Positions 44,601 through 59,600 of a stretch of DNA of 64,000 bases are shown in pieces; positions within the stretch are counted from its first letter, which is position 1, and every line of letters starts with the position of its first letter. A program made the position numbers and the translations under genes. A model generated the notes under the pieces. It searched no databases and was not told the origin of the DNA. It saw nothing but the letters and a program-made list of their open reading frames with translations. The stretch is from Diplonema japonicum (Eukaryota > Protista > Euglenozoa: Diplonemea), in NCBI GenBank assembly GCA_964019335.1, contig OZ025678.1, forward strand, positions 310,001-374,000. The letters are read 5' to 3'.

Positions 44601-47600
44601 GTTAGCTCAGCTGTAGAGTTCGACGAGGAAGTCTCCAAGATCACGGCCGTAGGCACGCCTGCTGAAGGGCCTGTGTACGCAGGCACGGTGTCACCCAGCT
44701 CCGAGGTGCCAATAAAGAAGACGCGAAGCATCAGAAGTACCGGCAGCGGCTCCGCGCATCGCAGGCGGTCTTCTTACTCCGAGTCCTCCGGCATGCAAGA
44801 GCGCACTTGCAGTTCATGCGGAAAGAAGTACGTAACAGGAAAGCTCGACCGCACCGTGTGCAAGGACTGCTTCAGGCAAAACTCTCCTATCGCAGGCCAA
44901 TCGCCCACCACGCAGTCGACGCCTCCACTGCCAGCACTGCCCCCCGAGTCCCCAAAGAAGAAAAAGAAAGCTAAGGAGCCGAAAATGACGGACCAGCTCA
45001 GGCAGCATCTGAGAGACCTTGGGCTCGCTGTGACTAGCGAGAAGGAAATAAAATCTCGACCCGGTGTTACACAAGAAGAAATAGCTCAAGCTGAGGAAAG
45101 GAGACAGCAAGAGGCGAAAGCTGTAATGGCCCTAACTCCTGACAAGACGGGCAGCTTGGCTGTCTTAATGAGCAAAACCTCACTAGGAGTACCGGGGGCA
45201 AGCGACCCCCTTACGTCCAGCCTGCGCAGGGTGACTTTCAAGGACGATCCTTCAAAAACCATCGAGCAACTACAGGAGAGGGTCGATGCCTTGGAACACC
45301 AAATCGTGAGGCAAAAGCCATCCCAGGAAGAGGAGACGCATTTGGACAAGCCAAGCATGCTGCTCGAACGCAGGAAAGAGAAACAGGCGCAGGAAGCCGC
45401 ACAGCAGCAGCCGTCAGAACTACAGAAAGAGGTTTCTGCACTGCAAGAAGTGACACGCAAGCATGAAAATGAGATGCGCAGGCTGATCGAAGATGTCGGA
45501 CGCGAGATGCAGAAGACGCAGGACCTCGAAAGGCGCCCTACCTCTTTGGATGACCTTCGCGAAGCATTGGAAGTGGAGCTCAAACAATTGCAGCGACTCA
45601 ACAGTGAGGCGTTGGTTCTGAGACATGAACACAGCAGGCTAGCAGCTGAGGTGGAGGAGGATGTCGTAGCCCCGCAGTTGGACCCTGAGAAGGAGACCTT
45701 TATGGTTGCCGCGAAGTCACCAGACCTTCAGCTTCTTACGCAACAAGCGTGCTTGGACGGGCATGTCACAGCCGACACAGTGGAAAAGAGTGACCCCGTT
45801 CCTGAGAACCCTCCGTCCACAAGCAAGTCGGATTTGGAGTGGAAACTGCTCCAGTTGCACGAAGTCGACGTCGTACGTACGAAAGAGATGCGGAAGCTCA
45901 GCGACGAGCTCGCGGCACTCAAAGCACGCAACAAGGAGATCGAGGTGGCCGCAGAGAACATCGACAAAGACGAGCACCAGATACTGCTTGTTGAAAGGAC
46001 GCAACTGACAGCAAACGTCGAAAAGCTTACCAACGAAATAGAGGCACTGAAGAACCAGAATGACACTCTGAAAATGAAGCAGTCGCCACGAGGCAACAAG
46101 CCTGCTGAAGGCCCTGCAGCTCAGGTGTCGACGTCCTTACCGTCGATTTTAATTGCAGGCAAAGCCGATCGCAGAACTGACTCAGGCTTTGTAGCTTTCC
46201 AGGTGGAGAAGCCTGCTGAGACGCTGGATTCTTCGCAGAGGCAGATGCGCTTATCTGTGACACACCAAAAACTGCAACAGATCATGTATGAGCCTGAGAG
46301 CGAAAGGAAGAGGTCCCGCGCTTTAGAAGAAGCGTTGAAGGAAGAGGTAACGGAACTGACTGTCAAGCTCGATGCTGCCGAGCAAAAGGTCGATAACCTC
46401 ATTCAGTTGGTGGAGACAAGGGAACTCACCATACAGCAACTTGAAAGTACGATACAACAACTTGAAGCCGAGCAAGTAGAACTGCCTGAAGATAGCTCCG
46501 AAGAGTCATTGAAGATGCACAGGCAGACAGCTGCATTATCAGTGAGCCTTAGAGTGGTGGACTCTTCTGATTCGCTTCTGGAGAAGGACCAGGTGCTCAC
46601 CAACGACCTGATCACGCTGACAAAGAAGGTGTCCACGCAACCTTCCGACTCAGACGAGATCAACCTACTAGTAGAGAAGGCGATGGACTCGAAGACGGAG
46701 CTGTCAAAACACACGGAGGCACTTCGGAAGGCGGACCTTGAGAAGATGCAAGAGCTTGAAAGCGAGATCACGGTGCTGAAGTCCAAACTGTACAGAAGAA
46801 CAAGCGCTTCGCAACGTGGCTCAAAGAGCAGTGATTTGCTAGAGTTCCTCAGCAAACCAGAAAAGGGGAGCAAGAAGGACAGTTCTACACCTAACACGCC
46901 ACCTCTGCTGATGGTTCGCACCCCTGAGACCTGGAGCGACCTTAGTGCCAGCCATAAATCTCATATCAGCGTCACGAAGCTGGATCCGATCTTGGACATG
47001 GATGCGGGCGAGGGTGGTACATCAGACAAGCAAACGTCTGGTGGTCACTCAGACGAAGATGTGCCCCATTCTGTGTCTACGCAGAATCTTGGCTTCGAGA
47101 TCATGCTGGAAAAGGTGCAACAGGGCGAGGACGAGCCTTTGCAGGTCACCCTGATGAAACTGACTGAGTCTAAAGACAAACTTGCGTCGGAACACCAGAA
47201 CTTACTGCAGCAGACCATGTCCGACAAGGAGTCGTACGATGCGAGATGTGAGGAACTGGAAACTGCACTCGAAGTGCTGCAGGCCAAGAACAAGGGTCAT
47301 GAGACGGAAAGCGAGACCCAAGCAGAGCGCATCAGAAAGCTCAACAACGAGCTGTCTGCGTGCAAAGAGCAACTCTTACTTGCAGATGCCAGGAACCTAA
47401 TCCTCTCAAACATGCAGGAACCCAAAACGCCGCGAGTCAAGCAGGACGCCACGGACCCGATGGCTAGCGATGTTCAACATGCGGACTTCAGTCAGTTGCT
47501 GGCACAGTTTGGATTGTCTGATGAGAAGACTCCTGAGAAGGACTCGCCTGCAGAAGAGGAGACCCTTGAGGAGTGCAAGAAAAGGGCAAAGCAGTTGGAG

Positions 47601-50600
47601 ACAGAGCTAAAAAAAGTGAAAGACGCCTCTGCCGTGTTGGAAATCGCGCGTGTGAACGAGAAGCAAGACGTGGAAGAAAAGCTCCAGATACTCGAGCAGC
47701 AAGTCTCCAACACCAACAGTGTGCTGGATGCAGAGACGAAAGCGCTCCAAGAGAAATTGCAGCTGCAGGAGGACGAACTTCAGGAAGCACAGCAGGTGAT
47801 TGATATGCTGCACAAGCAGCGTGCTGAACGCGATGCTGCTTTGGGTGCTATGGAGGGCAAGGTCCTGGAGTCCGAGGCAGAGGCAGGCACGCTGACCGAC
47901 TATATTGCCAACCGGCAGAGCGATCACGACCAATTGGCTGGAAAGATAAGTGAGCTTGAAGCCGAGAACACTTCCCTCACAACTAGATGTCGCGAGGCGG
48001 AGGATCAATATGACGATGCAGCAGAGAAGTGCAAAACCTTGACAAATGAGCTGGAGATCCTGAAAGTCAGCCAGGTTCCTCAGGAAGACCGAACCGAGAA
48101 CGAGGATTCACTGAAGGAAATGGAAGAAGAGCTGCAGCTGGCGAAGCAGAAGTTAGTTGAGGTGCAAAAAGAGAGTGAAAAGAAGGCCGGTGAACATACA
48201 GCCCTGAAGGCTCGGTTGGAGCTTTCCGAAGCCAGGAACCTAATCAAAGACAATGTAGAAGGCACTGTGCTGACTCCCCTCACCCCGGGGCAGGGGACAG
48301 GTTTCGGTGCGTCGCAGTTTATACAAGGTGAGGACCTTGGCCCGTTGCTGCAGAGGTTTGGGTTGCTCGAAGGCAAGCTTGAGGAGAGCAAACACAAGGT
48401 GAAAGAGTTGACAGAAGAACGTAGCGTGCTAGAGGAACAGCTGCAGACTACTCAAAAAGACTTGAAAAAGGAACGTGACTACAAGTTTGACCAGTCTGTC
48501 GCGTCAGCATCAGTAGCTGTCAGCACAGAGGGCTTCTTTGAGCTGCAAAAGAACGACGATGACATCATATCCATTGTGTCACCGAAGACCGTGTCTGGGG
48601 GTACCTTCGATGACTACCCGAAGTTGTCGCCAAGGGAAGACCTCTTGGCATCTGAACTGGATGCTGCTCATCAAGCTGCTTTAGAAATAAAGTCTAGACT
48701 CGACGAACTCGAGCAAGAACTTGCCACGTGCCAAAGCCAGAAAGAATCCCTTGAGGAACGCGCTTCGATCCTCCAGTCTGTATCTGATGCGCGTGAGATG
48801 GAAAACGAGGCCCAGGTAGAGCGCATCGCAAAGCTCAACGCAGAGCTGTCCGCGTGCAAAGAGCAGCTGTCCCTGGCAGATGCCAGAAGCCTTCTGGCGA
48901 ATGTGTCAAAGGAACCTGATACACCACGGGACAGGCACGGCATTGGCGGCGACCCCATGGCCTCCGCCGTACAGCACGCAGACTTCGGTCCTTTGTTGGC
49001 ACAGTTCGACTTCGACGAGTCCCGCTCAGGATCAACGGTGGGCGAAAAGCAAAAACTACAAGCCGCTGAGAAAAAAATCAGTGACTTGGAAGAAGAACTA
49101 GTATCCCTAAAACAAGCCGCTGAGAAGGAAGCATCCATGGCAGAGAAGCTTTCTGCTGCAGAAATAGAAGTTGCACGGCTGACCGAGGAACTTCATGATC
49201 GCGAGATCCAGGAGCAGTCGACGCTCTCCGGCGAGCAGATCGACATCGCCCTCGATGAGTCCACCCTGTCCTTGGGCAGTACCGTGCAGGAGGCCAAGCG
49301 TGAGGAGCTCGTCGTTTTGGTCCAGCAGTTCAACTCCCAGAAAGATCTACTCACAGCTTCGCACGTATCGGAGGTCGAAACCCTTCGTTCTGAGATCGCG
49401 GATCTACAACAGGAGCTCTCGCTGCTAAAGGAGGGCAAACCCGTTGTCGACTTCATGACGGACAAGCTGAGCAAAATGGAGTCAGCAGCCAAGGCAGCAG
49501 AGAGCCGTGCTGACAGCCTCTCTGGTGTTAACGACAAGCTGAACGAAGCAAACAGGGCACTGTCGAGTGAGCTAGAAGAACTGCGCCGAGACATTTCCGC
49601 ATCGCCACCTAGAACTGAACCCGATGAACACCTGCGTGAGCAGATCCAGCAACAAGCAGCAGAGCTGGACGCGGCAGAGGCTGTAATCAAGGAACTAGAA
49701 GAGCGTCTCGAGAACAAGACTGAGGAGCTTTCGGTCAGCACTATGAAAGTACAGGAAGAAGAAATTGCCACGCTGCAGCAAAAGGTCAAAGAGCTCGAGG
49801 AAGAGGCCACGGCAACACGTGGCGGTGCAGCACACGAGCAAGATGAGACGATTATAGAACTGACCAACGAGATCCGACAGCTTCGTGAGAAAACAGAGTC
49901 TCTAGCCTCTGAGAAGGAAGCACTTGAAAAGAAGGTAGCTGAGTTGTATGATGACCTGAAAAAGCAACAGGCGATGAAACACTCTGACGATTCGTCATCA
50001 TCTTCAAGTGATGCCGACGACAAGCCTGAGGACAGGGTCCGTGTCTTGGAGGGTGAGATTGCTTCTTTGAAAGAACAGCTTTCAGCAACAGAACCTTCAC
50101 AGCCTGCAGAGTCGTCAGAGAATGTACAGCAGCTTGAGGATGAGGTAGCTTCTTTGAAAGAACAACTCGATGACAGCACAGCGGCTGTCCAGTCTCTTCG
50201 GGAGGAGCGCGAATCGGCCCTGAAGTCAGCACAGTATGACGCAGAACAGAAGGCACAGCAGTTGGAACGCGAGGTCATTTTGTTGAGAGAGCAGCTCGAT
50301 GCCAACATGGATACGGTCAAGCCTTTGCAAGACACTTCCGAGTCACTAGCTGACAAGGAAGCGCTTGAGAAAAAGGTGGCTGAACTGACAGATGAACTGA
50401 GGAAGTTTCAGCAAGAAGCAAAGCAATCCATCGATTCGTCATCGTCTTCAAGTGATGCTGACGACAAGCCTGAGGACAGGGCCCGTGTCTTGGAGGGCGA
50501 GATTTCTTCTTTGAGGGAACAACTTTCAGCAACAGAAGCAAATCTGGCAGAGTCGTCAGAGAATGTACAGCAGCAGGATGAAGTGGCTTCTTTGAAAGGA

Positions 50601-53600
50601 CAACTTGCAGCAACGGAACCAAAACTGGCAGAGTCGTCTGAGAAGGTACAGAAGCTTGAGAAGGAGGTGGCTTTTTTGAAGCAACAACTACATGATAGCA
50701 CAGCGGCTATGCAGCCTCTTCGACTCTTGCAGTCTCTTCGGGAGGAGCATGAGTCGGCTCTGGAGGCCAAGGAGCAGCTTGAAGACGAAGTTGCCTCATT
50801 GAGGGAACATCATAAAAGCGAAATAGACACACTGCAACAAAAGGTCAAAGAGCTAGAAGAGGAGGTGGCGGGGCATGACGAAGTGGCACGCGAAAAGGAT
50901 GCAACAACGAATGAACTGACCCACGAGCTCCGGCAGCTTCGTGAAAAAACAGAGTCGTTGGCTACTGAGAAGGAAGCACTTGAAAATAAATTGAAGCAAC
51001 AGGAAAATACATCGTCTTCTTCAAGTGATGCTGACAAGCCTGAGGGTGGAGTGGCGGATGACGTTACAAGAGAGCTCAGCGAGCTTGAAGCCATTAATGC
51101 GATGCTGCATCAAAAGCTAGACAAGCAGGCAGGGGAACTCGAAGAATGCCGCGAGGAGCTAGAGGCCATGAAGCGGAAGGACGAAGCACCAAGCGAAGGA
51201 AAGCCTGAACTGGAAGAGCTGTTAGAAACGCTTCGGGGCAAAGAGCACCATATCGAAACGCTGGAAGACAAGCTGCTGAAGCGCAATGCTTCGCTTCAGA
51301 AGCTGAAAGCAAAGCTTGATTTGGATGAAATCTCGAGTGACAGTGGGTCAGAAGAAGCACAAAAGCAGCCTAGCACACCAACTGAGACCTCTGCATTGCA
51401 AGAGCAGATTGAGGAGCTTCATACGCAGCTGCGCGAAGCGGAGGAGAAGGCAAGGGAGGTCAAGGGGTTGCGCGAAGCTAACGAAACATTGCATGCAGTG
51501 AAGGAGGACCTCATGGAGAAGCTCTACCGGCAGGACGAGGAGACAGCAACCACGATGCGTTCCCTCGAGGAGAAGGCCAACACGGCACAGGCAGAGCTTG
51601 AAGCCTTGCAACAGGAGCCGCAGTCTGACACGGCCGACAGGCGTGTGGAACTCGAAGCCCTCCGCAAAGCCAAACGCAACCTTGAAGACGAGGTGAAGAA
51701 CTTGCGAGCTGCATCTGTTGAAGCCCAGCACGGCGCAGACGAGGACACGGTCGACAGTCTAGAGCAGCAAGTCGCCAAATTGGCACAGGAGCTGGAAGCA
51801 TCATCAGAAGTGATAGCAGAACTTGAAAACAAGCTTGCGACAGTAGAGGGTAGCGGTCATGATCAGCAACTCCAAGATGAAATTTCTTCTCTTACTGAGG
51901 AGCTAGCTGACGCGAAGTTGCGACCCTCAAAGGAAGAGTTCAGCACACTACAACAGAAGGTCAAGGAACTTGAGGAAGAGGTGGCAGCACGTGACCAAGC
52001 AGCACGCGAGCAAGATGAGACGATTATAGAACTGACCAACGAGATCCGACAGCTTCGTGAGAAAACAGAGTCTCTGGCCTCTGAGAAGGAAGCACTTGAA
52101 AGGAAGGTAGCTGACCTGAGCAAACAGGATACGAAACACTCTGACGATGGTTCATCATCTTCAAGTGATGCTGACGACAAGCCTGAGGACAGGGCCCGCG
52201 TCTTGGAGGGCGAGATTTCTTCTTTGAAAGCAACAGAATCTTCACTAGCTACAGAGTCTGAGAAGGTACAGCAGCTCGAGGACGAAGTAGCTTCTCTGAA
52301 GGAACAACTCGATGCCAATACAGAAGTAAGTGCAAAGGCGCAGCAACTTGAGGATGAGGTTGCCGCTTTAAAAGATGAGCTTAAGGTTAGTGCCGAGCAG
52401 GTACAATCAATGGAGGCGGAGACCACTTCTCTCAAAGAATTACAGCAAGATAGCACTAAACAGGCAGAAGAGAAAGCACAGCAGCTCGAAGACGAGATCC
52501 GTACTCTCAAGCAGCAACACGAAAGCGCAGCAGTAGCGCAGCAAGACGATATCACAGCATTGAGAGATGAGATCTCGGCCAGCACGGAAGCAATGCAGTC
52601 CTTAAAAGAAGAAGTTGCCACAGCGCAGGCGAAGGCAAAAGAGCTTGAGGAAGAGGAGGCAGCACGTGACGAGGCAGCAACCAAGCAAGATGAAACAATT
52701 TCTGAATTGACCAACGAGCTCCTACAGCTTCGTGAGAAAACAGAGTCTCTGGCCGCTGAGAAGGAAGCACTTGAAGGGAAGATAGCTGACTTGACGGGTG
52801 ATCTGGAGAAGCAACAGAGTGTGAAGCACTCTGACGATGGGTCTTCAAGTGATACTGACGACAAGCCTGAGGACAGGGCCCGTGTCTTGGAGGGCGAGGT
52901 TTCTTCTTTGAGGGAACAGCTTTCAGCAACAGAAGCAAAGCTGGCAGAGTCGTCAGAGAATGTACAGCAGCTTGAGGATGAGGTGGTTTCTTTGAAGGAA
53001 CAACTCGATGACAGCACAGCGGCTGTGCAACTTCTTCGAGAAGAGCTTGCGGCCCTTCAGCGTGAGTCCGAGAGAACGTCGCAAGCAAACGAGGCTGCTG
53101 AGCAGGCAGGAGATAAAGTGAAGGAGCTTGAAAAAGAGATTGTTGCACTAAAAGCTGAACTTAGTGCCAATGCTGAACGAGTGAAACCCTTAGAGACAGA
53201 GATTGCTGCTCTGAAGAAAGTTCAAGACGAAGGCAGGGAAGCACTGGAGAAGAAGGTAGCTCACCTGACTGAGGAGTTGAGCAAGCAACAGGAGGCGAAG
53301 CACTCTGAAGATAAGTCATCGTCATCTTCAAGTGATGCTGACGACAAGCCTGAGGACAGGGTTCACGCCTTGGAGGGTGAGATTGCTTCTTTGAAAGAAC
53401 AACTTGCAACAACAGAACCTTCACAGCCCGCGGAGGCGTCAGAGAATGTACAACAGCTTGAGGATGAGGTGGCTTCATTGAAGGAACAACTCGATGCCAG
53501 CACAGCGGCTATGCAGTCTCTTCGGGAGGAACACGAATCGACAAGTCAGAATGCGGGACCGGCCCTGGAGGCACAGGAGTTGCAGCAGCTTCGCGAAGAA

Positions 53601-56600
53601 AATCTTGAATTGACGACAAAGCTGGAAGACAAAGAAAAGGTTTTAAAGAAGATTGCAGATGAGTTTGTAGAACAGCTTGAGGCGCAGGTGAACGCCGCTC
53701 GTGAGGAATTACTGTCTGAAATCGAGGACAGCGACCAGAGCGAACTCCTGAGGGAGGTGAGCGAACTGCGGGACGTTAAGAGCGAGCAGGCTGCTGAGCT
53801 AGACGAGGTCTTCGACAGGATAAACAAGCAAGAGCAGGTTCTGGCAAGGTTGGAACGAGAGCTGTCTGCTGCAAAGAGTGACAAAGACGTGCTACAAGAC
53901 GAGAAAGACAATCTGCTGGAGAAGATACGTACATTGGAGAGGGAAGTAACCAGCGAAGGTGTAGAAGACTCACTGAAGAAGTCGTCCAGCAGTAAGACAA
54001 GGGAGCCGCTCCACGTCGCCTTGAGGGGGCTGATCAACGAGACCAAGGAAAAGGCAGAAGAGCTGCAAAACGCGGGGCTCGGCGAAGACATGAGCAACGT
54101 CCTCGCGACTCTGCACGATTTTGAAGACAAGCTGCAGCAGCGCGTACACAGCGTGAGCGAGCTAGAAACTGTTCTGGTACGGATGCAGACGGCAATTACA
54201 ACACTGAACGAAGGCGCTGACACTGGAGATGCCATGGAAACCATCAAAGAGGGTACACTACTACTGAATCAGGTGGATCTAACACCCGTAAGCACAGAGG
54301 GCCTAGGGATTGACGTCGAAATAGCCAAGACTAAAGTAGAGGGGATGCTCAACATGGAACCAGGAGACGCCCATCTAGTAGATATGTGCGCCTTGCTCGG
54401 GTCGGCTGAGGACGCTGTTTCAGAGCTGTGCCATAACGAACAGCTCATGAAAAGCGAACTACAGAAGGTGCAAGAGATGGTGGTCGAGGCCTTGCAGAAA
54501 CTGAAGAAGGCGGTTGAGACGTATCCACCCAACAAAGAACAACTTGCAGCGTGCCGTGAGATACTAGACGGCATACAACAGTTCATCCAGTTAAGCTTCA
54601 CCGATGATGACCAAGGTGCCGAGTTCCGTGTGACGTCCTTAAAGCGACGCCTCTCCGAAACAGGCGAAGCACTCTCCTCTATGCGCGACAAGGACAGGCA
54701 GCTGAAAGGCGGTATTGAAAACCTCCGTGAGAAGCTGATGTCTGCGAACGACCAGAATATCGAACTTGTGAAGATGCTTGAGATAAAGAGGCTCACAGAG
54801 GGGAAAAGCAACCCTGAGGAAATCCTTCGGGAAGAGGTGCTCATCCTGAAGCTGAAGCTTGAAGAAAGTGAGAGGGTATGCGAGCTCCTTGAGCAGCAGG
54901 CCGTGGGCAACAAAGAGATCGACTCACTGACATTGTCAAAGACAGTACCTATGGAGGACATCGCAGGGTTGGAGTTCATTGAAGATGCTGAGGCAAGAAC
55001 GAGGGAGCTGCTCGAGCAGCAAGAGGCCGAAGATGTGGCGACGATTGTCAATAATGATAACTTGCAGAAGATCATTTTGAGTCTCGCTTACTTGCGAGAC
55101 GAGCTGGGCGACGATGAGTTGACCATGCCTGAGACAGCGTCTGTGCTAGACTTCACAATGCTTACAAGTTCAGTCAAAACGCTTAGGATGCAGATCGACG
55201 CTTGTCGTGAGCGCGAGGCAACTTTGCTCCAGAACATCGATGAGGCGGACACAGCGCAATTGACGCAACAGATCATCGACTTGGTGAACAAGCAGATCGC
55301 TCTTGATGCGTCTTTGAATGGCCGCACGGAAGCGCTACGGGAGGCAGAGGAGAGGATTTCTGTACTGCACGACGACAGTGGCGAGTCGGCAAGGCTTGTT
55401 GAGTCACTGCAGGAGCAGGTCAACCAACTACGCAGCACTCTAAGTGTTTGTCAACAAGGCAACGTGACGCTTCAGGCTGACCTTGACGCAGCGTGTGTAT
55501 CCATCAGCGAGATGAAGGCCTCCCGTTCTGTCCTTGAAGAAGATCAGCTCGACCTGCAAAAGAAGGTTTCAGACGTTCTGACACTGGAAACAATAGCCGA
55601 TGAAAAGATCGAGGTGCATAGAGCAAACAATGCCCGAGCCCGCGATTCCTTGGAAGACAAGAGCCAGCAGCGCCACAACGAGCTCACAGAACTCATGCAC
55701 TCCATCACCCAAGAGCTAGAAAGATCCCCCGACACGGAAGAGCTGAAGAACATCTTCGGGCCTTTGCAAGAAAAGCTTTCTGAAGCCGAGCAACAGAACC
55801 AAGACCTGCTGTTGCAGCTGCTCGAGATGACCGATGAACGGATTGAAGCTGAGACAATGGTGCAAGAAAGGGAAGAGGTGAACCAACTAGCGCAAGCAAC
55901 AGCAGAGGATCTGTCAAAGACGCAGTACAATCAAGTGCAGAGCATGCAGACGAAGCTACACGAGATCCAAGAGCAGAACATGAGATTGTCGTCTCAATTG
56001 GTTGCCATCACGAACATACAGGAAAGGACCACTAAACTGGAGCAGAGTGTCCTGCAGAAGAACAAGACCATCTCCGAGCTCAACGACAAATTGGTCGGAG
56101 AGCAAGCTCGAAACGAGAACTTGCATGCACAGCTACTGCGGATTACCGATAACCAACTTGAGGCGGAGGACAGCAACGCGGAGTACTCTCAACAGGCGAA
56201 GCAAGCACTTGCTGTGCTCAAGGAAAAATACACCAACGACCTTGAAGTATTGAAACAGCAAATGCATGATAAGAATGAGGGACAGAAGGCGGCAGTCGAG
56301 GAGCTTGGGGCCGCACTTCGCGAGGAGCAAAACACGGTGACTAAACTCGAGAAGCGCACGCAAGCTCTAGAAGCAAGGAAGAATGAGCTAACAAGGGAAA
56401 ATGATGATCTAACAAGGCAGCTGCTGGAGTTGGCCGATGGGCAACTGCAGGCGGAGACTAGCCCTGTTGCAGAGATGCGCAGACTGCGCGAGGAGATGTC
56501 AGCACTCAAGACGGAAGAGAACCGCAAAGAAGAGGCTTTCACGTCACAGATCGCGGCACTCACTGCAGAAAGGGATGCCTTGCAGGGAGCTGCCGACAAG

Positions 56601-59600
56601 AACCGGAACAAGTTGGGTGCTGCTGACAGTCAGAACAAGGAGCTGATGGCGCAACTTCTCGATTTGGCAGATGACCAGCTTAGGGCGGAGGAGGGCATGG
56701 CTGTTGGTGAAAGTGGTCCAGAAGCCGCAGCACAAGCAAAGGTGCATGAACTGGAGGAGAAACTGGCCAAGCTAGCTACAGAGAAGTACGAGGCCGTGCA
56801 CGGCTTAGAAGTCAGGCTCGCCAGCTGCGTGCAAGCACGAAACACACTACTTGCTGAGATTCAGCAGTTGAACACCAAGTTGTCTGCAGAGGAAAGCGGG
56901 AACAAAGACCTACTTAAGCAGCTAATCGAGATAGCTGACAGCCAGCTGGAGGCGGAAATGCAAGCAGTCGAAGAGGCTGAGGCCACCATACCTGTTGAGG
57001 AGATCGACGAGTCTATTTTCGACAGCTACAAGAACAAGATCAGCATGCTCACAGAGGAAAAGAACCGCCTGGATAAGAAGATCCTAGACCAGCAGAGGAT
57101 CGCACAAGAAGATCGCAGCGCGTTGACAGAAACCATCAAAAACCTCAAGAACAAGCTCGGTGAGATAGAAAGCGAACAAGGGAGCCCGTTAAGCCAGGAA
57201 CAAATGTTCTCGGAGCCCGGGATATCCGCTGACCAGCTTGAAGCACTCAAAGAAGAACTTGAACGGGAAAGCAGAGAGAATGTGAGCAACAGATTGACGA
57301 TTAAGAACCTAGAAGTAGCTCTGGGGGAGTCTGACAGCCAACAAGAGCTTTTGCAATTCAAGCTGGACGGACTTGTTGCCTCGGAGCAGGAACTGAAAGT
57401 CAGGTCGCAGGAGCTCCAAGAGCAGGTCGTCAAGCTGGCACAGGCAGCTATTGGTAGCCCCACGTCCTCCCAAGCTAGCGAGCCCGAGTCACGAAAGGTT
57501 GAGTTCCGACTCTCGGAGCTGAAGGCGTCGTTGATGGAGACACAAGACGACCTTGCAGATTCCAAGCGGCGTGAGATCCAGCTCGAGGAGTCGCTTGAAG
57601 CCACGAGACGCACTCTTGACCAGCAGGAGCAAGACGCAGAGGAGGCAGAAGAGGCACTGCGTGCGCAGCTTAAAGAATTGCAGAAGAGAGTCCTGCGACT
57701 CAGCAAGCCCAATGAGCGTCCTGACCTAGGCAGTACAGGTAGGAGCTTGAGCGAGCCAGATGTGAAGAGCGACTTGTCCACAACGCAACCTGGTGACCAC
57801 CAAAACAAGGTGAAGGTCCTGATGCTAGAGGGCGAGCTTGAAGCACTACGGGCATCATCAAAAGCTGCTGACAAGCGATGGGCTGAAGACTTAAACACGG
57901 CTTTGAAGGAAGCTCAAGAGATCACGGAGGCCAACCAGCAGCTGAAGGAAGAGGATGCAAGGCTGAAAGAACACGTAGCTGAACTCAAAAAACGTGTCGT
58001 TGCCTTGGGCACAGGCATTCTAGAGGAGCCTGACCAGTTAGTGCAAAGCTTAGAAAAAGAGCTTGTATCAAAGAGCAAGGCAATGCAGGCACACGGAGAG
58101 AAGTCTGCTGCAGAGGTGGCGGGTGTTGCGAAGAAGCTTGCAGATGCTGAGGCGAAGAACCAAGAGCTCGGAAGCGAGCTCGCAAGAAGTGAAAAGCACC
58201 TAGGCGAGCTGCAAGAACGCGTTGTGATGCTGACGAAGAAGAGCACGGTGGACGAGAAGGACAAGAAGATACAGAGCCTCATGAAGGAGAACTTCACCCT
58301 GATGGACACCCTGAAGACTGCTGAAGGAGTCGAGGACGAATTGAGGGAACAGGTCAAAGACGTGCAGAGGCGCCTGCTGAGGATAGGGGCCCGCACGAAG
58401 AACCCAGAAGAGAATAGCCCCATGAGGACACCGTGCACGCCTGGGACACCACCAACGCCACCGATTGAAGGGAGGCGCAGACCGGATGAGCTGGAGGAGT
58501 ATCAAAATATGCTTAACGAGTCAGAAGAGATGAGGTTGCAACAAGCCGAAGACATCAAAGCGTTGCACGAGAAGATAACAGAGCTGGAACGCGAAGCCCG
58601 CAAGAGGACCTTGTCTGTGCAGCCCCTGAAGTACCCTAGTGTCGAGTACGAAGTAAGTGAGACGTCCGAAGACGACGACAAGGCAGAGATGCAAAAGGAG
58701 ATTATCCGCAAGAACGAGATGCTAAACCAGCTTAAGGAAGAACTTCAAAAGATACAACAACAGGCTCCTATCACAGGGGACCTGGAGTTGGTCAAAAAGA
58801 TTGAAGAGCTTGAGAACGCGAACAGGGAACTTGTGGCAGATGTCAAGTGTGGTGAGGAGATCGAAAGCAAGCTTCGAACCCAGCTACGCGACATGCAGAA
58901 GAGGATCTTGAGGTTGAGCAAAGAGAAAAGCATCCCTGAAACACCCTCTTCTGACCTGGAGAGCCAGATAGCCGACGGCGACGCAAAGCTTGAGAAAGTT
59001 ACCAGACAGCTTGCGGTGTCTGAAAAGAAAATTGAGAACTTACAAGACAAGTTGCGAAAGGTGGAACAACAGCTCGACGAAGCCAATGCAGGCAGGCAGG
59101 AAGCTGAGAGGGCTGCACGTCAAGAGCCTGGGAGAAGCAAGCAGGCTGCGCATGTAGAAGGCTCCCAAAGGATTGCCGAGCTGGAACGCGAGAACAAGGA
59201 ACTGGCCAACGATCTCAAAACCAGCAGTGAGATCGAAGAGAAGCTCCAAGCACAGTTGCGTGACATGCAGAAAAGAATGCAGAGGCTCACCAAGAAGCGC
59301 CCTGAGGACGTGGATATACCTTCTATCAATGCTAAAATAGCCAAGCTCGAGGCGCAGCTCAGGGAGGCACACCTGCGCGAGGCGATGCGTGAAGGCGAGT
59401 TAGACACTTTGCGTGAGGCTTTGGATCTAAAACATAGACAGCTCGAAGAAGAACAGAACGGTTCAAGAGAAGCACGCCTCGGTGATGCCAATCTCCTCGC
59501 AAAGGTCGCAGAGCTGGAAAGCGAGAAGCACGAAAGTGCGCAGATCGAGGAAAAACTGCGATCACAACTCCGTGACATGCAAAGGCGCATCATGCGTGTC